A stretch of DNA of 58,062 bases from a virus. The stretch lies in the IMG/VR virus record IMGVR_UViG_3300029120_000017; one strand, given 5' to 3'. How positions within the stretch are numbered: position 1 is the first letter of the stretch; each line of letters begins with the position of its first letter. A program made the position numbers and the translations under genes. Positions 26,377-33,508 of this stretch are shown one piece after another. The notes under the pieces are model-generated. The model was not told the origin of the DNA. It searched no databases and saw only the letters and a list, made by a program, of their open reading frames with translations.

Positions 26377-26407
26377 TAGTTACATGATAGTTACATGGTA
26401 GTTACAT
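26377..26407. repeat. three tandem 11-bp direct repeats TAGTTACAT(G/A)(A/G); a further TAGTTAC copy lies near 26477
   Basis: tagttacatga tagttacatgg tagttacat read directly; the 11-bp period equals about one helical turn. Confidence 0.8.
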
Positions 26408-26583
26408 AATTTCTCGTGGCAGCTCACGCGGTATGGATGATGCCGAACCTCATCCGTTTACAACTTCACGACATAGATAGTTACTATCACGTGATACCAC
26501 TCATTCGGGGATTTGGGCCTTGCTACTTCAATTTTCGCTTCCGTACCCCTTTGCCAATATGTCAAAGAACACTTTTCGCTTTG

Positions 26584-26660
26584 TGAGCTGTGGCGGAATC
26601 GAACCGCCAACACCAAGCATAACACCAGAACACAAACCTTTTGGTGTAACCATTCAGCTC
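26584..26660 (-). ncRNA. tRNA-like element C (77 nt, no encoded CCA), non-canonical interior
   Basis: 5' gagctga vs 3' acagctc (6 of 7 pairs). T-arm ggcgg/ttcgatt/ccgcc. The interior has a 6-bp stem acacca/tggtgt with a 14-nt loop and no D-arm. Confidence 0.4.
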
Positions 26661-26788
26661 TTTGCTCATCCGATAATAATTGCGTTGAGAATTAGTTATG
26701 ACATTTACGCAATATCAAAACCGAAGACGATTTATTTGGAAAATGCGAGAACGGACTATTTCGGTTTTGCTATCGAATGAGCTATTTT

Positions 26789-26974
26789 TCAATATTGTGT
26801 CATCCAGAACTTCTTTAAATCCTTGCCAAGAAAAAACTTCCGTCCGTTTATCTTGCTGAATCTCGGCTTTAAAAGGCAGCTATTAACCCATCTTCTAATA
26901 GTGTCTCTGTGAACTCCAAGAACCTCAGACGCTTGGCACACCGTGTATTTTGAATTATCTGCTATTTGTGGCAT
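26789..26974 (-). CDS. xis: excisionase-like helix-turn-helix protein
   Basis: YTVCQASEVLGVHRDTIRRWV... typical of MerR/excisionase-type HTH; ATG 26974 (MPQIADN...). Confidence 0.55.
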   Translation of the reverse strand: MPQIADNSKYTVCQASEVLGVHRDTIRRWVNSCLLKPRFSKINGRKFFLGKDLKKFWMTQY

Positions 26975-27194
26975 TACTACCCTCATTGCTTGCTCCTTTC
27001 TCTTTTTCTCGTTTTACCTTATAAACCGTTGCTATCGTTACATTAAATGCGTTAGCAGTCATCACAATTGCATCATACGCCTTTGTTCCAAGATTCAACT
27101 CCCTTAAATAATAGGCATATATCTTATTATACCTCTCGATTGTCGCCTTCCTCCGTATCTCCGATGGTATTTGAATTAAACTTTTTCTTGCCAT
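26955..27194 (-). CDS. Cro-like or regulatory small protein, divergent from the repressor gene
   Basis: 79 aa, first gene of the leftward operon opposite the S24 repressor. Confidence 0.45.
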   Translation of the reverse strand: MARKSLIQIPSEIRRKATIERYNKIYAYYLRELNLGTKAYDAIVMTANAFNVTIATVYKVKREKEKGASNEGSNATNSR

Positions 27195-27209
27195 TTTTAT
27201 ATATAATAT

Positions 27210-27240
27210 TTTGCTATTCTATTTTTTCTTTTTAATTTTG
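27210..27240 (+). promoter_or_regulatory. Bacteroidota-type promoter (TTTG-N19-TAATTTTG) directed at the repressor gene
   Basis: TTTG 27210-27213 and TAATTTTG 27233-27240. Confidence 0.45.
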
Positions 27241-27286
27241 CACAACCATTAGGCGGATAAGCTATCTACCTCCTTGGTTACATGTG

Positions 27287-27318
27287 CAAAGATACATATA
27301 ATAATTATATATGCCAAA
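27287..27318 (-). promoter_or_regulatory. Bacteroidota-type promoter on the minus strand directed at the cro/xis operon
   Basis: Plus-strand CAAAGATA 27287-27294 (reverse complement of TAnnTTTG) and CAAA 27315-27318, 20-nt spacing. Confidence 0.4.
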
Positions 27319-27321
27319 TAA

Positions 27322-27339
27322 TTAGATACAAATATCTAA
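27322..27339. promoter_or_regulatory. candidate operator: inverted repeat TTAGATA-caaa-TATCTAA
   Basis: 7-bp perfect arms with a 4-bp spacer, abutting the -33 element of the leftward promoter. Confidence 0.45.
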
Positions 27340-27361
27340 CGAATAAATATTTTTTAACATT

Positions 27362-28033
27362 ATGAAAGATAGACTACTTAAATTCATTAATTACAAAGGA
27401 GTTTCACAAAGACAATTCCTTCTTAAAGCAGGCTTGTCGACCAGCTATTTATCTGTTGTCAAAGATGATTTCGGTGTTTCCGCGTTGTTCAATATTTCAC
27501 AAAACTTTCCCGAGCTAAATATTGAATGGCTTAAAACTGGAAAAGGGGAAATGCTTAATAAAGGATTTGAAAACAACGACAATAACTTTGACAAGCTGTC
27601 TAATTTCTTCTTCGCTAACGGTGAGCAAAAGCCAATCATTACGGAGAGTATTGCTAAGATTCCTAACATTGACGTGTTGGAGCTTGTCAAAAGCGGAAAG
27701 GTTCAGAATCTGGAATACATGGGAGCATTTAATCAATTTCCACCTTTTGATTTCTATTTTAGAAATGATAGGGTATCAATGGAACCTCAATTTATGCGTG
27801 GGGATTTAATTGCGTTGTCAGCACTGCAAGAGAATGCGGTTATTGAAAGCGGCGCTCCTTATATAATAGACACAAAGAGTATTGGATTTATTTTCAGAAA
27901 CGTTTATGAGCGCGGCGATAAGTATGAATGCAAGGTTTCAAATCAAAAAAGTCAGTTGGAAGATATAAATATAGAAAAAAGCGATGTGATTAAAATTTAT
28001 CGTGTCGTTGGCTTAGTAAGAACAAATTTTTAA
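27362..28033 (+). CDS. CI-like repressor (N-terminal HTH, C-terminal S24 LexA-type peptidase domain)
   Basis: 223 aa; N-terminal KGVSQRQFLLKAGLSTSYLS; C-terminal RVSMEPQFMRGDLIAL (S-M-x-P...GD) autocleavage-type motif. Confidence 0.75.
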   Translation: MKDRLLKFINYKGVSQRQFLLKAGLSTSYLSVVKDDFGVSALFNISQNFPELNIEWLKTGKGEMLNKGFENNDNNFDKLSNFFFANGEQKPIITESIAKIPNIDVLELVKSGKVQNLEYMGAFNQFPPFDFYFRNDRVSMEPQFMRGDLIALSALQENAVIESGAPYIIDTKSIGFIFRNVYERGDKYECKVSNQKSQLEDINIEKSDVIKIYRVVGLVRTNF

Positions 28034-28044
28034 ATTAAACAATT

Positions 28045-28371
28045 ATGATTTCACAAAAAGCACTATCTGAATTTATTGACGTTTCCTTCAGCTATCGCAA
28101 TCTTGACATCATGTCCAAGGCTGTTATTGCAATAGGCATAATTTCATTTATTGTTGGAATTATTGTTGCTATAATAGGAATAAATAACATTGGAACTTAT
28201 TACAAGGATTTTTTAGGGCAACAGCAAGTTGCGGCTGGAATAATGAGCGCTGTTTCTGGTTTTTTATTTTGCCTTTTCGGTTTTATCGGATTAGCGATAA
28301 ATGACATAAGAAAGCATATTGCGACAGACTTCAATCTTAAATACGATGACCCAGAAGAACATGTAGGATAA
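28045..28371 (+). CDS. small membrane protein co-transcribed with the repressor (superinfection-exclusion-type candidate)
   Basis: 108 aa with two long hydrophobic helices. Confidence 0.55.
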   Translation: MISQKALSEFIDVSFSYRNLDIMSKAVIAIGIISFIVGIIVAIIGINNIGTYYKDFLGQQQVAAGIMSAVSGFLFCLFGFIGLAINDIRKHIATDFNLKYDDPEEHVG

Positions 28372-28380
28372 AAACAAAAA

Positions 28381-28417
28381 ATCCACTGGCAAAATTAATT
28401 GTCAGTGGATTTTTTTA
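28381..28417. terminator. bidirectional hairpin terminator between the convergent membrane-protein and integrase genes
   Basis: 10-bp stem 28381-28390 / 28401-28410 flanked by an A-run and a T7 run. Confidence 0.6.
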
Positions 28418-29633
28418 CATAGTCTATTACTTTCTTGATTGCTTGGTCAACCTTCTTTTCATTCCTTCTTATATATATATCTGCGATTTGGTATTGTGGC
28501 TTGTGCCCAAGAGCAGCATCAATAACAGCATCTGGAATATCAATGTCTGCGGCGATAGTCGCCCATGTGTGTCTTGCCCAATATGTCGTAAGATGTGGAA
28601 ACAGAGGCTTGAATATTTTTTCTTTCTTCACTCGTCCATATCTGTTTCTCACATTAATAATGTCTGTCTTTCCTATTTTCTGTAAGTTCTTGTTTATCGT
28701 TCTAACGAAAGACCTTTTATCCTCATGTGTCTCTCCGAAGTTAAGCAGTTTCTTTTCTCCGCGATATTTTCGTATGAGCTTCATTGCTTCGTTTGGAATT
28801 TTAAGACTGCAAAGAACTCCTGTCTTACTCCTTCGGTATGTTATTCTCTGCTCTTCGTTTGGGTGCGGCAAATCAAGCAAATCAACCATGTTTATTCCTG
28901 CGCAATAAAAGGAGATTAGGAAAATGTCAAGATATTTTTGCTGATAATCTTCGCATTTAAAATTCATCAGTGATAATAATTCCTTGATTGTCAAAGAGCG
29001 TTTTTCAGTCTGTTCAGATTTTATTCTGAATTTCCTGAATGGGTAAAATTCTTGTGCTACATAATCTTCACGAATTGCCTCGTTGAATAAGGCGCGAAGA
29101 TTGCGCAAATGAATGGAGCGCGTGTTTACTGAATTTCCTTTTGCCTGCATCCAAGTATCGAAATCGACTAACCATTTGTAATCAATCTCCTCAAATGATA
29201 AATTATCAATATCGCAATAATTGCCAATCTTAATTATTGTGCCTTCGTAAACCTCTTTTGTTCTATCTTTTGTCTTCCTTGAAATGAATATCTTGAAATA
29301 TTCTTTGATATAATGTGGCCGTTCTTCTTCTGTTTCTTCGCGAGGGTTTATTTGTTCACGTATATCTTTGGCCGTCATCTTGTCAAGATTCTTAGATGAA
29401 CTTAATAAGATGATTTGCATCCTAAGATATTCCAATTTCGATTTTAAAACTTGATTCAATCTTTTTGCCAGAGGAGTGTTAATAACCTCTCCGTTCAGCC
29501 ATTCCTCCTTTCTTAAATATACAGATGTCGGAATCATGGAGGATGTATTATTGTGCCGAATTACAATTTTTACACAATATTTTCCAGATTTATTTTTGGC
29601 CCTTGCATCGAGGTACAGATTAATTTTTGCCAT
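28395..29633 (-). CDS. int: tyrosine integrase
   Basis: ATG 29633 (MAKINLYLDARAK...); C-terminal ARHTWATIA...LGH...IYI catalytic-type motifs; next to attP. Confidence 0.9.
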   Translation of the reverse strand: MAKINLYLDARAKNKSGKYCVKIVIRHNNTSSMIPTSVYLRKEEWLNGEVINTPLAKRLNQVLKSKLEYLRMQIILLSSSKNLDKMTAKDIREQINPREETEEERPHYIKEYFKIFISRKTKDRTKEVYEGTIIKIGNYCDIDNLSFEEIDYKWLVDFDTWMQAKGNSVNTRSIHLRNLRALFNEAIREDYVAQEFYPFRKFRIKSEQTEKRSLTIKELLSLMNFKCEDYQQKYLDIFLISFYCAGINMVDLLDLPHPNEEQRITYRRSKTGVLCSLKIPNEAMKLIRKYRGEKKLLNFGETHEDKRSFVRTINKNLQKIGKTDIINVRNRYGRVKKEKIFKPLFPHLTTYWARHTWATIAADIDIPDAVIDAALGHKPQYQIADIYIRRNEKKVDQAIKKVIDYVKKSTDN

Positions 29634-29769
29634 TTGCACGGATTTTGCACGGTTCTACATTTTGATGGATTGCACGTGTTTTGCACGGATTTTCGGCAAA
29701 TTTCGGCATAATACGGCATAATACGGCATAAATTTATGGCTTTAACATTTGAATATAGAGACAAAATAA

Positions 29770-29804
29770 CCGCTGACAATTAGCAAATGTCTAATTATCA
29801 GCGG
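29770..29804. terminator. 14-bp hairpin (one mismatch) with T-rich flanks on both strands, inside attP
   Basis: ccgctgacaattag / ctaattatcagcgg with a 7-nt loop. Confidence 0.45.
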
Positions 29805-29815
29805 TTTAATTATTG

Positions 29816-29860
29816 TCGGGGTAGCGGGATTCGAACCCACGACCCCCTGCTCCCAAAGCA
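29816..29860 (-). other. 45-nt 3' fragment of a tRNA-Pro(UGG)-like sequence (attP core, not a complete tRNA)
   Basis: The minus strand reads tgc-tttggga-gca (loop with anticodon TGG), gggggtc, T-arm gtggg/ttcgaat/cccgc, acceptor 3' strand taccccg + A. No matching 5' half upstream. Confidence 0.7.
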
Positions 29861-29938
29861 TTAGTCTTACTCTTGTAAGTGTATGATATTTAGTCGTTTA
29901 TCTCTTTAGATAAAATCACTTGCACGGATTTTGCACGG

Positions 29939-30286
29939 TTAGGCGTTATTAGACATTGATTGTACATATCTGTACACCTTATCACAAGTCGCATCCTCAT
30001 CGTCAAAGAAGAAGGAATGCGCTGCTAAGATAATCATTTCATCCGACATAATCTTGTTGAAATCTGCATAAGCGTAATTAAAAGCGACATATTTATCCCA
30101 GTCCGTAACACAATCTTTAAATTTCAGTTTTTCTGTTGCTTTTAGGATTTCATTCACTGACCAGTGAGCGCCTTTGTGCTCTGCTCCGTTTTTATCCGTG
30201 TAGAATATTCTTTTAATTGCTTCGGCTGCACTTTCCCCATTGAAATGAGAATCTGATTTGTTTGAGATAGCAATATATAATTTCAT
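29939..30286 (-). CDS. hypothetical protein
   Basis: 115-aa ORF; its stop overlaps the right-arm repeat of attP. Confidence 0.55.
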   Translation of the reverse strand: MKLYIAISNKSDSHFNGESAAEAIKRIFYTDKNGAEHKGAHWSVNEILKATEKLKFKDCVTDWDKYVAFNYAYADFNKIMSDEMIILAAHSFFFDDEDATCDKVYRYVQSMSNNA

Positions 30287-30350
30287 GGCGTTTTGCTTTT
30301 AAACTCAGAGAAATTTAGTGGTAGGAAAGAAATTCCCTACCACCTTTGTT

Positions 30351-31175
30351 TTACGGCGTTGTTGTCGTTTTCAGAGCTGCGATAAGCTCCGCATTCTGCC
30401 TCTGCTGTGAGAGTTCCAGACGTGCATCATTGTAGCGCTGCTGCAAATCTGAGTTCCAATGACTGTTAAGTGTGTCGATTATGCGTTGCGTATTGTCCTG
30501 CCCTGCGCGAATAATATCGCATTTGTCCTGCGCATTTTGAAAGCCAAGAGCACTAAAACCGCGTTCGACTGACGAGTTAATGAAATTCATACTCTTATTC
30601 AAAGATTCTGTTTGGCCTTGAATTGCAAGCTGATTCTCATAGCCCATTTTCAAAATACCCTGCTGTGTGTTGCAGCAACAATTCTGAATTGCACTTATAA
30701 TGCTGGCATCACCTCGCTCAGCCGCATTGATAACACGTTCAGCACTGAAACCTACCTGCCCTGCAACGTTATCTACTGCCGAACGTATAGCGCAAACGGC
30801 CTGCTGCAATTGGTTGAAGTCGCAATTAAGATTTGCGCCAAGCGTTTTGAGGGCATCATCGTTACCCTTGACTGCTGACATCAGCAAATCTGCATTGTGA
30901 TTGTCGGCCATCTGTGAGCGTAGAGAGGCAATCTGATTTTGGATTTCTGCATCCTGCACGGCATTCCCTCTGTTGCCAAAGCCTCCGAATCCTGCACCGC
31001 CAAACAATGCAAGAAACATCATATAGGCAAATGGATTATTCATCCACTGATTACCCATGCCTCCGTTCATCATCGCTGCCATTGCCATAGGGTCTGTTTG
31101 TTTGTTGGCCATCGCTGCATAGGCCAGAGCATCGTTTCCCTTGTCGCAACAAATCACTTTTTCAATTCCTTCCAT
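30351..31175 (-). CDS. hypothetical protein with a Met/Gly-rich hydrophobic segment, a Q/N-rich coiled-coil-like body and a CCC motif (moron candidate)
   Basis: ATG 31175 (MEGIEKVICCDKGND...). The track start at 31325 runs through the terminator hairpin. Flanked upstream by the 31309-31349 terminator. Confidence 0.6.
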   Translation of the reverse strand: MEGIEKVICCDKGNDALAYAAMANKQTDPMAMAAMMNGGMGNQWMNNPFAYMMFLALFGGAGFGGFGNRGNAVQDAEIQNQIASLRSQMADNHNADLLMSAVKGNDDALKTLGANLNCDFNQLQQAVCAIRSAVDNVAGQVGFSAERVINAAERGDASIISAIQNCCCNTQQGILKMGYENQLAIQGQTESLNKSMNFINSSVERGFSALGFQNAQDKCDIIRAGQDNTQRIIDTLNSHWNSDLQQRYNDARLELSQQRQNAELIAALKTTTTP

Positions 31176-31308
31176 AATAAATTTGTTTTTTAAGTTATGA
31201 AGCAGGACTTTCCTGCTTTCTAAAACAAATTTCGGCTGTTGCGATTTGTTTCGATTTTGTGGAATTTGTAATCTGTTTGTTATATGAAAAGCTAACAGCA
31301 TGAAGCAC

Positions 31309-31349
31309 AAAATAAGGCTCGCCACAATAGCTGTGACGAGCCTTATTTT
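31309..31349. terminator. bidirectional rho-independent terminator
   Basis: aaaataaggctcg / cgagccttatttt, 13-nt arms including A/T runs, 15-nt loop. Confidence 0.6.
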
Positions 31350-31480
31350 CGGTTATAATTCGGTTATAATCATGAAGTATCAAGACAGATTTAATTTGCT
31401 GGTAATTTGCTGAAACGCGCAATATTGTTTTGATTGGATTTCAAAATCAGCACCTTACGAATGGATTTAATTTGCTAAAA

Positions 31481-31660
31481 TTATAACCTAAGATGTTCTT
31501 CGAGATATTCACCGACCTTCATTTTTTCTTCTTCGGCCTTCTCTTTTAGTTTAGCAAGGAATGCAGGCGTTACATTTGCCCACATTGTGACTTTGTTTGT
31601 TCTTGGGCGGCCGCTATTCTCGCGGCGGCCGCCCCAGCCTGATTGTTTATTTGTTGTCAT
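31481..31660 (-). CDS. small basic protein (59 aa), GGRRENSGRP motif
   Basis: ATG 31660 to TAA 31481 (MTTNKQSGWGGRRENSGRPRTNKVTMWANVTPAFLAKLKEKAEEEKMKVGEYLEEHLRL); one codon below the ORF-track cutoff. Confidence 0.45.
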   Translation of the reverse strand: MTTNKQSGWGGRRENSGRPRTNKVTMWANVTPAFLAKLKEKAEEEKMKVGEYLEEHLRL

Positions 31661-32015
31661 TCTTTAGTGAATTATAAATGTCCGCTGAAATATCCTCTGG
31701 TATCGCTATTGTATATTCTTCGCCAATCTTCGTTGTTATCTTGATTCGGCCTTCTCCTTTGTTGCTAAAAAGCATTTCATGGATTGAAGTGTTACACTTA
31801 CCGTAGATGCAGCTCGGGCCATTAGTGTTGTTATAATTGTAGTTCATTTCGATACCATCTACATGTAGAACTATATCATGAACCTTGACGTTTGACGCTG
31901 TTTCAACATCATATACTGTCACATCTAACTGAACGGACTTTTTATCCGTGTTACGAAATATATAACGAGTTGTTATGCCTTTGATTATTTCTTTCATGAT
32001 GATTTTATTTTTCAA
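31647..32015 (-). CDS. hypothetical protein
   Basis: 122-aa ORF overlapping the upstream gene by 11 nt. Confidence 0.55.
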   Translation of the reverse strand: MKNKIIMKEIIKGITTRYIFRNTDKKSVQLDVTVYDVETASNVKVHDIVLHVDGIEMNYNYNNTNGPSCIYGKCNTSIHEMLFSNKGEGRIKITTKIGEEYTIAIPEDISADIYNSLKNDNK

Positions 32016-32460
32016 TTATATACTTTTTGGCGGCCTCTAACACGCAAATAGATGTCGCAATCGTCTGTCTTTGAGCAAGTGGCCTGTCCTTCATTAAGGA
32101 CATATTGGCTCTTATAATCACATCAATGCAATCAACGCAATCTTCTCGGCTGAGCTTTGTGACATCAACATTTTTTTGAATGATAGTTGAATAATACTCC
32201 ATTCCTTTTTTGAGCAGGCTTCTAACCGCGGTTTCAGTTGGATTCTCACCCATTGCGCGAACTATCTTCATTCTGCAAGAGATTCCATTTTTGCTTAACC
32301 CAATTCTGTAATCACTTCCTGTCTCTTCTAATTCGCCATCAATGTAGTCAATCTTTGCAATAAATCCGCTATCTTTATCGGTGCAACATATATAGTCACA
32401 TTCTCCTTTCTTGTGCTTTCTTGAAGAATCAACGATAAATAATGGTATTTCCCTTTTCAT
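32005..32460 (-). CDS. hypothetical protein
   Basis: 151-aa ORF. Confidence 0.55.
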   Translation of the reverse strand: MKREIPLFIVDSSRKHKKGECDYICCTDKDSGFIAKIDYIDGELEETGSDYRIGLSKNGISCRMKIVRAMGENPTETAVRSLLKKGMEYYSTIIQKNVDVTKLSREDCVDCIDVIIRANMSLMKDRPLAQRQTIATSICVLEAAKKYIIEK

Positions 32461-32472
32461 TTTGATTAATTA

Positions 32473-32637
32473 ATCGTAATAAAAGCGTTCAGTTTCGTAA
32501 ACAGTTTGTTTGAGGTCTGCAACTTCGCCGTCTTCATCATAAATAGCACAGTCCTCTCCTTCATATACTTCATACCAAAAGTTGTTATTACGTTCATAAC
32601 AATTGTCTTCGGCACAAACTTCGTCGCAACCTTCTGT
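32473..32637 (-). pseudogene. start-less 55-codon acidic reading frame (possible gene remnant)
   Basis: Open between an in-frame TGA (32640-32638) and TAA (32472-32470) with no ATG/GTG/TTG. Preceded by the same 17-nt motif found upstream of the 32665-32994 gene start. Confidence 0.3.
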
Positions 32638-32664
32638 TCACCGTGATGTCGAGGGCTAATTTAT

Positions 32665-33063
32665 TTAACGAAGTGAAGAAAAACGGAAATAACCATCTTC
32701 ATAAACATCTATAACATAGGCGTAGTCAACAGAGCCTGGGTCGGTGTAGTATTCTCTAATACGGAACTCACATACTATCACTTCATCACCATCATTTATT
32801 TCGCAATTGACCTTTAAGGTTTCACCTTCAACTGCTGGATTGTATTCATCAGCAAAGGTGTATTCATTTATCTCCTGTTTAGATGTTGCAACATAACAGC
32901 CAGCTTCTTCCAATCTGCTAATAAGAAGTTTGTATGCTTCGTCAACTGAATTAAAGTTTGTACAGCGAAATTCACTTTGAATCATTGTTAACATATCAAT
33001 TGACTTGACCGTGTTGTCGAGGGCTGAGGTGTTATTGCTATTTCTTTCTTTTCTATATTGCAA
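32665..33063 (-). CDS. hypothetical acidic protein (likely start ATG 32994)
   Basis: 132-aa track ORF; MLTMIQSEF... from 32994 is the more plausible start. Confidence 0.5.
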   Translation of the reverse strand: MQYRKERNSNNTSALDNTVKSIDMLTMIQSEFRCTNFNSVDEAYKLLISRLEEAGCYVATSKQEINEYTFADEYNPAVEGETLKVNCEINDGDEVIVCEFRIREYYTDPGSVDYAYVIDVYEDGYFRFSSLR

Positions 33064-33187
33064 AGATAGTCATTTATCTTGAAAACACCAAATAAAAACC
33101 AAGATTTTTTCTTATAAAAATGCGTGCATTTAACATTTATATATAATTAATTTACAACAAAAAGGCGCACCCGAAGGCACGCCATTT

Positions 33188-33472
33188 TTATCCGATAATA
33201 TCTTTCAGACTTTGTTTTAAAACTCTGCACATAAGTGTTTTCATGCGGTAGATGCGTGAATTTTTCAAGGCATTTACCCTTTGCTGGCTCATGCCGCTTA
33301 ACTCAGCAATAGTGCCTTCACTCATTCCTTTTTCTATTAGGTAATCAACGAAAACCACACGTGCATTCACACTTCGTTCGCTCCTACTGGTTGTCAGTTC
33401 TTCAAACGTTAAGCCGCTTACTTCCATTGTCGCGCTAACGGCTTTATCAAAAAGATTTTTTAATTGTTTCAT
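33188..33472 (-). CDS. DnaA domain IV-like helix-turn-helix protein
   Basis: 94 aa; SRSERSVNARVVFVDYLIEKGMSEGTIAELSGMSQQRVNALKN resembles the DnaA C-terminal DNA-binding domain. Confidence 0.5.
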   Translation of the reverse strand: MKQLKNLFDKAVSATMEVSGLTFEELTTSRSERSVNARVVFVDYLIEKGMSEGTIAELSGMSQQRVNALKNSRIYRMKTLMCRVLKQSLKDIIG

Positions 33473-33508
33473 TGTTGAGGATTTTAAAAGTGAATAATCG
33501 AATTATCC

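Larger units (their letters stand above)
29634..29940. other. attP region: arm-type repeats flanking a tRNA-derived core
   Basis: 21-mer ttgcacggattttgcacggtt at 29634-29654 and 29920-29940. Six TTGCACG(G/T) copies in total. Four CGGCA motifs spaced 10 bp apart from 29694 to 29733. Core at 29816-29860. Confidence 0.7.

Noticed and set aside
25698-26660. Calling elements A-C bona fide tRNA genes with assigned anticodons
   Set aside because: I could not draw a canonical anticodon arm (5-bp stem, 7-nt loop, U33) for any of them, so no isotype is assigned. They are reported only as tRNA-like.
26513-26780. Two plus-strand ORFs (60 and 86 aa) overlapping tRNA-like element C
   Set aside because: They have no start context or promoter, overlap a structured RNA-like element on the other strand, and have implausible composition.
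31605-31634. GC-rich inverted repeat gggcggccgc / gcggccgccc (two NotI-type sites) as a regulatory hairpin
   Set aside because: It lies inside the 59-aa ORF and encodes its GWGGRRENSGRP motif. The coding constraint explains the composition, although an RNA-level role cannot be excluded.
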